Assembly (NCBI GenBank): GCA_030704615.1
Contig: CM060731.1
Coordinates: 66,712,001 to 66,776,000, forward strand
From: Takakia lepidozioides
Taxonomy: Eukaryota > Plantae > Bryophyta
DNA length: 64,000 nt
Reading direction: 5' to 3'
Below, in pieces: positions 20,968 to 33,008 of this stretch. Below the pieces are notes generated by a model. The model saw only the letters and a list, made by a program, of their open reading frames with translations, was not told where the DNA came from and did no database searches. The position numbers were made by a program, and so were the translations under genes. Each line of letters begins with the position of its first letter. Within the stretch, counting starts at the first letter, position 1.

Positions 20968-23900
20968 ATAGAGAGAGAGAAGACTCCGGCCGAGGCCGGC
21001 GTAACTAAGAGCCACTTCACCTTGCGGCTACTGCCCCTTTTCGGGGGTGGGCCCTATAACAAAAAAGTGTCCAGGGGGACACCATGTGACCACTAAGAAT
21101 AGAGGGGGCGAGGGTATTCCTAGGTACCCAGGGGTATCCTGGGGGACCTAAGGTGCGTTTGAAGTGCCGGATTCCAGTTGGCGTTTGTTGGTGATAATAG
21201 CTGTGAGTGAACGGAGTGCCGTGAGATGGATTTCTTTGAAACATTTGTGGATGGAAAGAATGGGAATTTGGAAGTTATCGTGTATGTCCGTAATACTGGC
21301 GTTATGAATGTCACCTCAAGTGCCGGCTGTGATGACAGTTAACGAGCCGGTTTTCCAGCCACGCCTTCGGAGTGCAAGGATAAGCAGGGCATATTTTTGA
21401 CGTTTTTCTAAGATTGAATCGTTTGGATAACGATCATGGCAAAATGTGAATTCAATGAAATGGATGGTGAGTTGTGGGGATGGTGAGGTGGGGGGGGTAA
21501 AGTGTTGATAGGTAGACCTTGGACGAGGAGTATGTCCGGGCAAAGTCGAGCGGGGCACGAGCATGGTGATCGGGTACATATGCATGGTAGTAGCCATGGT
21601 GGTATTGTGTAGTCGGGTGGCCGTCCCTGGTAGGTGCCTGCATTCATGAGTGAGAACCAACGGGTTTCAGTACGTTTTAGAAAGAGCTTATGGAGGTGCC
21701 AAACTGCCTGGTTATGACGCGTGATATGCAAGCCATGTATAACTGGGTGTGTACATTGGCTGAGGAGATGTGGCCAAGTGTCATGAGCTTGGTGGGTGGT
21801 TGTACATAACGGGCAGTATGGGGATGGGAACAGATGTGGCCAGAAGATGTGTTTGCGCTGATGGCCCATGTATTGGGCATATCGGAATTTGAGTGTTTGT
21901 CGGATTTGTGCGTCGGTGGTGGCTTTGGTTAGCCAGAAATGATTGGAGAGTTTATGGTGCAGAACATTGGATTGAGTCCATTTTTGGATGTGTACTTTGG
22001 TTGCCGCTTGTTTATTTGCTTATCTGGTCAGAGTGGTCAGGAGGTTTTGGACTGGTCTGGGTAAGGGGGGTCCGGAACGGGGTGTATGAACTAGAAGGGA
22101 TGGGTGTGGGCGATGTGAATAGGATCAATCGAGGGTTCAACTATGGGTTGGGAGGCGCCGAGTTGGGCGAGTAGGTCTGCTTCTTCATTACCATGGATGC
22201 CAGTATGCGAACGGACTTTGAGTATATGGACTGGGTGGCCTAGGGAAATGGCCCTCTGGACAATAGCGGCAATGAGGTTGCGGTCAGGGTGATGATGATG
22301 GGCAGAGGGGTGGGAGATGTGGTTGCGAATGAGGAATAGTGAGGTAAGGCTGTCGGTGAAGATGTAGTGTCGGGGGGGGGGGGGTAAGGTGTCAAGTAGA
22401 GAGAGGGCGTCATAAATGGCCATGAGTTCAGCCCGGAGGATGGTGGCAGGGCCAGGGAGCCTGAGGGCAATGCCTTGACTGGTACCGGCGTGGTAGATTC
22501 CATACCCTGCATTAGGTTTGGTGAGGGATCCGTCAGTGTAATGTGAATTGGCCAATGGGTATTTGGGGATGGTGTTTTGTTGATATATTGCAGGGATTGG
22601 GGGTAGAGGTGTTGTTGGCGCGACTTGGGAAGGGCGTGGTGTCGCAATGTTCCAAGCTTTGTTGGTTTTGATCCGGGACAATGTGGTGGGTGTATGGGTG
22701 TGGGAGATAATGGTTGGATAATCGATGGTGGCCTTTAGTTTATGAGTGATGGTGAGCAATTGTTCGAGCTGAGAAAAGAAAGATGGCGGTATGGCTGTAT
22801 GCTGGGGGTTTTGGATGTGTAGAATCAGGGTTAGGGTGGGTTCCTTCCGTTTGAGATATTTGGGAAGAGGAGGGGTGTGAATATACTTAAGTTGGTTTGG
22901 GTCAATTGTGGCGAGTAGATTGACCCCTTTTGGGAGTTGTAGAAGAGGGTGAGAGATATTAGGAGTGTTTTGTTGTGTGAGGATGAGGATTGTGGATGCA
23001 GTAGGAGAGGAGTGCACAACAAGTTTTGCCCATTGAAGAGCGTCGTGAGAAGGAGAACCAGGTGGAGGGTGGGCAAGGCCCCGGCCTTCCCAGGTGTGCT
23101 GGGTGGCAGTGCCAGTGGCTCCAAAGATACAGTCTCTGTGGTGCGGGCTAGAGAATGTGGGCAATGCCATAGGGCATGTCAATGGGTTGGAGTAATATGA
23201 ACTGGAATGTGTTGATAAGTAAGGAGAGAATATCTTGGGGTATAGTATGGTGCGCACATGTTGTTTCCAATTTAGTGAGGGACCGCGGTTTCTTGGGGGG
23301 AGTGTCTTTGAGGTAGCGATCAACCAGCCAATATAATTCGGTAGCAAAGTCTTGTTTCGGGGGTTATAGTGATTGTGGGGATGAGGTAGTAGTAGAGTAT
23401 TTCTCCCAGAGCCACGTTAGTCTTGTATTGGGGATGAGGCCAATGAAGCGGCCATGTTGAGCGTAAATGTTGGAAAGGCGGGGGCCCATGTGGATTAGAG
23501 GTTGATCATGCTAGACATCTTTGTCAGGATTACATTCAGTTATGCAGATGTGCACGTTGGGGGCATAGAGTGGTTGGTGTATATATCTGCTATCTGTAGG
23601 TTGGGCGGGAGTGGTGTGTTGTTGGTGCATGTGTGTTAGATAGTTGGTGTTGGTTTATTTATGGAAGGTGGTGAAGAGGGCAAGATTGTGTTCGGGGTCG
23701 CAATCGTCGTGTAGGCCGAAGAGGTCGTCTTCTATCTGCCATGTGTTGTCTGCGGAAGAGTACCCAGCCCATTGACAATGATAGTATGTATCAATGCAGG
23801 TGGCTCCAAAGGCATCAATGGACGTTTGGGTTTTAACTCCTAGTATAGCTTCAATGATGTAAGCATTGTTATTGTTGTCGTATTGTGGTGAAGATGGGGG

Positions 23901-25690
23901 GGGGGGGGATGGTGCAGTGGTTAGGAGGGTGTGGGATCCTTGCATAGTAGGTGAGGGGTTGGATGGCGTATGCAAGTGGCGGATAGGTTCAGGGTGTTGT
24001 GTGGTAGTTACTTGAGAGGGGAAATCAGATTCTATGTCTGTTTGGGTATTGGTGGCATATGCCATTTTGAGTGTTTGGTAGATGGAGGTAGTAGGGGTAG
24101 AACGGTACTGGGGGAGCAGGTCTTGAGCCGTATGCAGATAGTAGAGGCATGGGAGGTCACATTGTAGAGTGCAGGCTGTCGAGGGATGGCAGAAGAGGGT
24201 ACGAAGATGATGTAGGTAGCAATTGGTTTTGGTCGTGGCTCAGGAGAATTTAAGAGTGAATTCGCTAGGTTTTAAAAGTCTATGGCCAGTGGCGGTAGTA
24301 AGTTGGGTGAGGGTGGTGATGTGTCGGTTATTGAAATATGTGAGGATGGGGACCGTTTGTTTGGGATAAGAAATCTCAAATTGTGGTAGAGAAGGGCTTG
24401 TAAGCCATGCGCGTTCTAAGGGTGATGAGGTGTTAGGATAGTCAGGCAGATCAGTTTGTATGCTAATTTTCATTTGGCGCAGGATAAGTAGTGTGCGTGC
24501 AGTGGGGGAGTGTAGGCAGGCTTGTGGGTGCAGGGATGATAATGAGTATAGGCTATTTTATTTAGATGCAAGGTATTTGAGAAGTCCCTGATAAATGATA
24601 CCTAGACGCCCAAGATCGTTGAGTGCTTCTTTTAATTGGGTGCCTAATGTGCGAGCATATGAGATGATTAATGGGCTCGAACCAATGTTGTAGTGGTCCG
24701 TAGGTAGTTGTGTGAGGGCATTGGGGGTGCTAGTTGGTAGACCACATACCCGTTTTGTTAGCTGGATAATACTTTTATCAAGTTTTTTGATGTCTGATAA
24801 GGAGAAGGGTGCGGCGTGGAACGAATATTGAATTTGTGTTTGTAGTACTGATTGAATGATTGATAGTTTTGGTCGAATGATGATTGGAGATTTGAGCAGA
24901 GCAATACTTTTGGTAGTGAGTTTGGATGATGTAGATTCTTTTTGGATATGCCAAGTAAGGGAGGGAACGAGTTGTATGCCTAAGTAAGTGTATGGCTCGT
25001 CTGATCCTAGGAAGGGGAAGGGTGTGTTTTGGTAGAGTACATAGAGTTTACAATGTGATGCTATGGCAGTTTTGGTGAGACGACTCTGATGTGTGGCGGC
25101 TGTGATGGCGCACTTGTGTAAGCTGAGTTCCATGCCTGACCATAGGTTGAATTTGAGTATGTTGTTTGTGTAGATGTTTCCTATTAGTTGGACGGCATCG
25201 GTGGGGTACCCAAGATCAAGCATGATAGCAAGTAATCTGGCATGGTCTAGGGAGCCGAAGGCATTTTTAAAATCGATATATAGATGATAGATGTCTTGCT
25301 TTGTAATTTAGCATCTTCAAGTGCGGAGAGAACATATTGTATTTGTCGTGTTGTACTACGTGTAGCTCGGAATCCTTCTTGGGGGTCACTGAGAATTTGG
25401 TGTTGCTCGCCATATCTTGATAGCATTGTGGTGAGCGTACTGGTGAATAGCTTGTATATGGTGTTGGCCAGTGCTATGGGTCTGTAATTACTGAGATCTG
25501 TAGGATCACCTTTTTTGAAGAGTAGAATGGTCCGGCTGTGTTTCCAGGAGTGTGGGATTCGTTTTAGTTTGTAACAGAGTTGAAAGAATTTAAAAAGGAG
25601 GTAGTGAAGTTGAGGGTTTAATGCTTGAAGTATAGCATTGGGTATAAGATCGGGGCCCGGGGTTTTAGATTTTGATAGTTTTTTTAGACA
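20968..25690 (-). mobile_element. 5'-truncated LINE: RT, chromodomain, MTase-like segment, RNase H, zinc knuckle, restriction-like endonuclease (Dualen/RandI-like)
   Basis: KTPGPDLIP, NYRPIAL, QEGFR, YIDFKNAFGSL; YTDGS...RAELMAI...FTDSL...KVRSHTGIHGNEEAD; CPLC...HLLSQC, RHNQAV, PDIL, IEFTFC; GC hairpin and (TC)n tail near 20970-21000; RT segment with YADD deleted at ~25165. Confidence 0.85.
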
Positions 25691-25699
25691 TGATTCGTA

Positions 25700-26520
25700 A
25701 AGATCAATTGTGAATAGGTTTGAGAACCTGGCAGCTTATTTGCAAGTTTGAGGCTGGAGACAACATTTGGTACCACTCCAACTTTGATGATGTCAACATG
25801 CACATCTTTGCGCTTCTCCAGGGCTGTCAGGCTTGCACAAGCATGGCAAATGCACACACACGTGATGTGGTTGGGCTTCACCCCTTCCCCCATCATTTGA
25901 TCATAGGTCTCCACAACAATTCCAGCTTTGACATGGCTACTCAACCTGGCTTCTGGTGCGGAGGTAGGGATAAATCAGCAAGAAGATTTTTGCTTAGAGG
26001 GCCATAAGCATAATGAGAATCAATGACAAGAGGTTGAGCCTCCAGGTGGAGCTGGTGAGCACTGGCATACATATCAGCAAGGGCAGTCTTCAGACTGATA
26101 TCAGGTGAGATTCCAGCTTTGATTATGTCAGCATGGACACATTTGTCCTTTCCCAGGGCTGGAAGAGTGGTACACAAACTGAGTCCAGCTCTGAAGATGT
26201 CGCCATGGACCACTTTGCCCTTTCCCAGATCTGTCAGGGCAATGTGTAGAGTGGCATTTGGAACAACTACAGCACCACCTGCAGGCATCGCATTCCACGG
26301 CACCAAATCACATTCAGCCATAGTGTCAAACACTCCCTTAGTATCCTCGATGCACCCACATTTTGTATACATGTCCACCAGGGTATTGTTCAGAGTGACA
26401 GTTGGCACAATTTCAGCTCTGAAGATGTCGCCATGGGCCTCTTTGCCCTTTCCCAGATCGGCCAGGGCAGTGTGTAGAGTGACATTTGGTACAACGACAG
26501 CAACACTTGTAGAGGGGGAG
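25700..26520 (-). pseudogene. PLS-class PPR gene fragments
   Basis: LGKGKEAHGDI...NNTLVDMYTKCGCIEDTKGVFDTM...WNAM; GVKPNHITCVCICHACASLTALEK; partly duplicated and scrambled. Confidence 0.8.
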
Positions 26521-28596
26521 AAGCGAGGGGGTGGAAGTACAGGCTGCCTTTTGAACAGGTCAGATTGATTAATTGCCACATCGCCAGTAGTGAGTGCAGC
26601 ATACTCTCCCAACATCGTTTGAACAAGGTATTGTACATCAGAGTCCAACTGTCGTTGCTCCATGATGTTGAACTCCTTGGGTATCTGGATTGTGTGGGGC
26701 TCCACTGGCAAGTCCTAGAGTGACCTTGAGGGTGGGCCCTCGAAGTCCTTTGAGGCTGGCTGACTGGAATGAGTGGGGGGAGCTGGAGTGATAATACCTT
26801 TGGTTGGGGCTTGTTTGACTGGTGCAAATTCCGCAGGTCTCTCAGTACCTGAAAACTCATGAAGCTTGGAGTGGTGACAGTAGGATTGTTGCAACCTGGA
26901 ATATCATTATCTGCAGGGGGCCCACTAATATTTCTTCGTGCAACAGCCTTCAATCGTGCACCTGGGCCGCCGTTCAGTGTAACAACATGGATTGCCCACA
27001 AGTAAATCTGCCCAGGCCCATCTTTCCAAGAGCCTTTCACTGCAAGGGTGTGCCCAGTAAAACTAGGCCTTCGAAGTGTAGGGTTGGGGCTCACTCCCAC
27101 TATTGCTGCAATGAAAGTAATATTGATGACAGGTGGTAGCAACAACCCTTGCATCGGTGATTGTCGGGAAATTTTATAACCTGCCTCCAATGTACAGTTG
27201 CTGCAAATTGCAGCCTCCAGACCAGTGCCCCAGGGAGGTCCAGGATTGTGGATATCAGCATGGGATTGTTTACCCATTCCGAAGTATTCCGAACTGAAAT
27301 CAGTATTGAAAGAAGAGTCTATCGAAGCTTTGCTGGTTGAGATCATAGCAATTCTGTATAACTGCCTAGGTTCATGTCTCCAGGGACGCTCCCCTACTGC
27401 AAAATACACAAGCAGGTTTACAGAAGAAGGCCCAGCAGGTGAAGAAGTCCATTGAACGCGCCCTATGAAGAGAGTTGGTTGCTGGCCAGGGCTGGGAGGG
27501 TTCGGGCAAGAATTTGCTTGCAACGGCAACCTCCCTTGTACTTCAGAGTCCACTGTTCGAGTACTTTTCTCGCAACCATTGCTTGTCAAGTGACCGGTGA
27601 GTGCAGACACACTAGGGTTCTGGCGGGCCAAGCTGGATCGATGCAGCTGTTGTGAGGGCGGGGGTAGATCAACAGTAAGAACACTGCACCAGATGCTATA
27701 ATCCACAGGACCACGGAGAGCTGCAAACCAACACATACTGGCCCGGTTTCTGGAAAGGACGAGTTCAATTTGAGCAAGTAGGAAGAGCCGCATACCATGT
27801 AATCTTGGGAGGAGGTTGAGGGTAGTGTGGGTTTGAAGATGTAACTGAGCAACCAGCGCAAAGGTGGGCCTGGGGCCGATGCTTGAGCATCAGCGCAGAG
27901 TCCCGCCCTCCCACCCTTCTCGACTGTCGCAACTGGTGGTGTAGCGAATCTGTCAATGTAAGAGAGTGTGCACCATGGAGGGGAAACGACGGGCACCACC
28001 TGGCATTCCTGACGCACAATGGCCTCCAGCATGCACCAGTCCGACATGTTATTGTGTGAGACACAGCTTCCCCGAACTGCGGAATCATTGGGATAATTTG
28101 GCTTGTCTCCAATGCAAGAGCAGATCAGGGTCATGAGCAGCATGTACTAGACAGCTGGTTGCATATGACGAATGGTGAGGAAGCCCAACCCGGCGGCCAT
28201 CGAAAGGTAGCCGAACAACGTTGAAATGGAGCTAGGAACGCATTGCTGATCACGAACTGGATTGATAAAAACGCCAAAATCACCTTGATGGCTTTTTCAG
28301 CTCAAGAAGCAAACCAAGGTCACAGGGAGCCTTTCCTTCTTTCCTACGAGGCAGTTTGTCACCAACGCAAAGTCGACTGTGTAAAGAACGGGCAAACTCC
28401 AAGCCGTAGAAATCAATTAAATGATTATGCAGATAGAAAGAAGCATTGTAAAGAGCAGCAAGATCGCTACATCTGCATAAGTTAAGAAGTCGATTAGCAA
28501 GAGATCTAGCAAAGAGTTGAGCGGGAGAACGGAGCTCCGCCCTCCCATCCCGACACAAACTCAATCGGATGTATACAAAGTACATCATGAGAATAT

Positions 28597-30140
28597 CTAC
28601 AATGCCCCTCTACGCGATCCCTGTCTCAAAGGAACCCTATTTCTATCATACACATCCCACTCACGCTGTAATCGGAGGTCCCAATCATCCCGGAAGAACT
28701 CGTATGATGCAAATAGTTTGTTGCCAGCCCTAATAGTCCTACTAGCACATGTCATCACAAACATGTGCATCCCCTCACAGTATACTGACGTATGCCACAA
28801 AAGCTCTCATGCCCATCGCTTCGCTCGTCCCATACTACATTGGTTCTCCTAGGATGACCAAAAGAACTATTGACCAACCCAGCAACATTGCCGAAGATGT
28901 CGGGGTCACCATCACAAAATCTGATCTCAATGGGAGACAACCCCCGTCTACGTACATCCTGTCCGTTGACACACAAAATGTAGGGTAGGATGTATGGGGC
29001 TTCGAGGCGTAATGTACGGAACTCCGCGGAGGTGTAGTATGGACCATAGTAGGGAAACAAGTCCACCATGTTGTTTCTCCAAGGAGGAACCACAATATCA
29101 TTGACCGTGAATAAACCCCGACCCATAGCAGGGTCTGTAGCGACTCTCACAACATACCATCTCCCCCAATACTCAAACTCCACATTTTCTCGGATGGGGG
29201 TGGGAGGGTCGAGATGATTCCCCCAACAATGAGGCTGGACGGTCCTCAATAACATAGTCCTATGCGCTTCCCATCAGGGGCGAGGATCCGGCTCAGGCCG
29301 CCCAAGCCGAAGGGGAGGAAACCTAGGGCGAAGCCGACCCCTCCTAGGGGTTCGGGGGGCACATGCACGTGGAGGTGGAGGTGGAGGTGGTACTGCTGGC
29401 GGAGGAGATGAAAGTGGAGGTGGTTGAGGATGTAATGTTGGAGGTGCAGCCGGGGGTACAACGTCCGGATCAGGTACAACCGGAGGTGGATCAGGCAAAG
29501 AAACAGACCGGGGGGGGGGGGGGGAGGCCACAATCAGGGGGACCGCCTGAAGAAACTGGAGGGGGGGGTGGGCCTGCTCGTCGCCGGCCATAACGCCTAC
29601 GACACCTACGATACCCCTCGACCCTACGCATCTCATCTACGTGCTGCTGGGGGAACCAACTGGTCACATCGGGCACATGCTCTGGCACAAATTTTGCAAG
29701 TAGACCGGCGCGAAATGCCTCCTGTGCAATGTGATTGCGAGCTTGGGCATCAAGTCGTGGCTGCAATGTGCGTAGTGAACGACGCATCAATACTTATGTC
29801 GTAATTTTGATTCATGTATGTTTACCAATCATATTATATTATTAGATAAACCTAAATGTACCTTAAATGAATGTTAATGAGAGGGGTGGGAAAAACACTC
29901 ACCTTTGCTGCATCCCCAATCTTGTTCTTCTTGTAATGTTTTTTCGACAACATGCGGTCGCCGCCTCGGTGGTTTGGTGCCGCCCAGTGGTATCCGTTCC
30001 CAACACTTAGTGCACCAACACTCAATCCTGTCGGGGGGGGGGTCAAAGGTGGACGTGGTTGGACAGGGTGGCCCGCGAGGGGGCAACCCGCGGCGCGCCC
30101 GACTCGATCCCGGGTGTCAACATCCTCCGCATCACCTGAA
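28597..30140 (-). pseudogene. SET-domain protein with proline-rich N-terminal region
   Basis: PAMGRGLFTVNDI, LFPYYGP, GNVAGLVNSS, RTIRAGNKLFASY in SET order (28690-29150); frameshifts; upstream extent uncertain. Confidence 0.7.
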
Positions 30141-30224
30141 ATTTGGCCCCGGTCCCTTCTACGATTGTGCCCGGCAGCCTGTATTGGATCAGGTGCAATG
30201 GGTGCCTCCTCGCCACGAAAAATG

Positions 30225-30375
30225 GTCGCGACTTGAATTTAGTCATAAGCTGGAACTGTCCAATAGTAGCCAAACGGAGAATAAATTTAATCTCATAGGA
30301 CATGAAGTAAATATTACACCATAGAGGAGAACAAGAAAAACCCATGGGTATGCCAGAAGAATGTTGTGTCCTTAA
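30225..30375 (-). mobile_element. Penelope-like reverse transcriptase fragment
   Basis: GIPMGFSCSPLWCNIYFMSYEIKF matches the PLE GxPMGxxxSP motif. Confidence 0.6.
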
Positions 30376-30721
30376 CGGCTTCAAGACCAAAAAGTTGGTT
30401 CGAATCTTGATAAAGTTCTTGACACACGGCTCCTTTCCTGGCCTCTACTTCCCGTTACACGAGCTTGTTGCCAAGCTAAGAGGTACAATGGATCCCCTTT
30501 AAACTTCATCAATGTCCTTTCATGCATGATCAAAGGCTTACGCAAGTTTGTGGAGAGGATATAGGACTTTCCTACCCCAATGACGATTGCGTCCAATGGT
30601 GGGAAACTATATTGCAGAAGGAGAAAACTTATGAAGGGGTCTGGTATGCACTCCCTTACGGGGTGAGTGCATACCACACTCACTCCATAAGGGGCTGCAA
30701 TACCAGGGGCTGGTTGGTGGG

Positions 30722-32920
30722 TGCCCCCTCTCTCCCTCTGTCTCCCTCTCTACTGGGAATTGGCAGTTTGCTATCAGTGTGGATTTTTTGTTTTCTCATC
30801 CTCTATCAGGTTTTTTCATCCATACCGGATGAGCCACCAGGATGGACACTGAATTACCTCTAGGATGGTTCTTTTGGCCTTTTCATTCCTCCTCTATTGA
30901 CTCTCATCCATACCGGATGAGTCACCGTGGAAGAAAAGAATTACCTCTATGAAGGTTGCCAACAACATCCTGTTTTTCCATCCGTACCGGATGAAGAACT
31001 ACCAGGGTGATAATTTTTCATTCATCTTTTATTGACTCTTTTTATCCATACCGGATGGTCTGGTAAGGAATGATAGAATAACCTAGATGGAAGTAAGGCG
31101 CTGCCACGGATGATATTCCCTACTTTTCCATCCTGACACAAGTGATATGTCTATGGATGATGTGATTATGACCTAGAATTGATCTTTACTACCCCTAATT
31201 ATGATTAATTACGGTGTAAACCCTAACCCCTACCCCAAAACCAATTTTTAACCTTGCTATGGATAAAATCCGTCAGGGTATATAGATTCGTCCTACTATT
31301 TTTCACCCACGGATAAATAATCGGGGGACAACCCTATGTCGTCTCTCCCGCTGTCAGAAGCAGGTGATGTGCTTCTGAGCTCGCAAGGAGAGTGTTATGG
31401 CGGGCGTGCTTCGGTGGCTGCCCCGTTTGTGGTGTCGTACCCATGTTGGACGAGCGCCTGGGGGGGCGCGAAGGCGGCCCCTTGTCTCTCTTGCAGCGGG
31501 AAACACCGCTATGAAAGCAGTGGCATCTTCCCTCCTCTGGCTTCTTTTGGGAAGTTCTCTCCCTCCTTTCTAGTGCCTTGCGATTGTGCCTGCTTTGCTT
31601 CATTGCTTATGTGCTTTGTGGAGGCGGCTTGCTGCGGGTGGTGATGGCGCATAACCCTCTTCCCCAATCGCTTAAGGTGCCTTTGGAGTTTAGGGATTCT
31701 CATGTTCTTATCTCTTTCTCTTGCTTTTGAGTTTCTTAGTGACATCGATGACAAGTGTGAGGGTATGTGATTCACCTGGGGTTCCACAATCCTCACTAAC
31801 CTGTTGGTTTTTTGTGGGGGCTTGTGATGGGACCAGGTGAGGATCCTCACCTACTTTGAAGTTTCTTGAGCATGCAGATTGGGATATGGGTTGAGGAGAC
31901 TTAGGGTTGTGCGCGCTGTGAGGTGGCTGCTGGCTGCAGCCCCGATTTCAACCCAACTGCCCTTGACTTGATATGCTCCAGCCTGCGTTCTGACCTTTGT
32001 CGTTCTGCAGCCGATGCGCAGCTCGGCCTGACGGGCTTGTTTCCTGAGGCTTGCATACAAACCATACCCTACATTTTAATCTTTGACAGCACACAGCCTG
32101 TGGATTACTAAGCTAGGTTGTAAGTTATTTTGGCCAAAGAGGATCTGGTTTTTGGTGGTATGTTTTTGGCGGTTTTGGGTAACTATGGATCTGATGGCCT
32201 TGAAGTTTAAGGCGGCAGCCTGGTAGGGTACTGCCCTGCTCCTTGTCAGGCCTACTTCTGATGTGTAATGGATCGTAGTAAGGTGTGCTTTGCATGTCTT
32301 AGCATGGAACTCCTGAAGGATGAGGATGGTAAGCTGCAATGGAATCCTACCTACTGTTTTGGATCTATCATGACATCAGGCCTATGACCTGCCATCTGTT
32401 TTTTAATACAAAAGAGGCTGGATCTCGGCTGTTCATGTTGTTTGTTGGTACAAGTCTTGAACCTGCAATCTGACAGGCTGCATTCATATTCCCTTGATAC
32501 CTTGTATGATCACATGTCTCAGGGTGAATACAAATGATATGGAATCTACTTCATCTGGCTCAAGTTGGACTGCTTGGTGGGATACTGAGATTCTGACAAA
32601 ATGCAGGCTGGTCCTTATGCCTTGGCTGATGCATGACTTACCATAATTAATGGCTGAATTGGTAAGCTGCTGGTAGATGTACAGGCTGAACCAAGAGACC
32701 TTGCAGCATGCACAGGGACAACAATATCTTATCTTGTCCCACACAAGAACAAACCCCGCCCTCCCACCCTGTTTTGTCTTGGATGATTGGGTGGTGTCTT
32801 TTGGGATGATTTGACAAGACTGGAAATGTGAGATAGTGCCCTATCCATGGCTGTTTATGTCTTTAATTGACAATGACCCTTATGGGTCTTGTCCATGTCT
32901 TGACATGACGTGAATATCTT
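30722..32920 (+). repeat. Repeat block A1 (~2.2 kb, probable non-autonomous element)
   Basis: Near-identical direct copy at 35211-37429. Confidence 0.9.
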
Positions 32921-33008
32921 CCCACTCTCTCCCTCTCTCATATTAACTTTTTCTATCCCCTCTTTCCCTCTGTGGTTTTTTTTTTTTTTTTTTGTGAGTA
33001 GCACAAAA

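Noticed and set aside
26390-27793. 467-aa minus-strand ORF
   Set aside because: No recognisable motif, and it overlaps PPR debris out of frame; left unassigned
31218-31235. Telomere-like AAACCCTAA
   Set aside because: Isolated telo-box motifs, not an interstitial array
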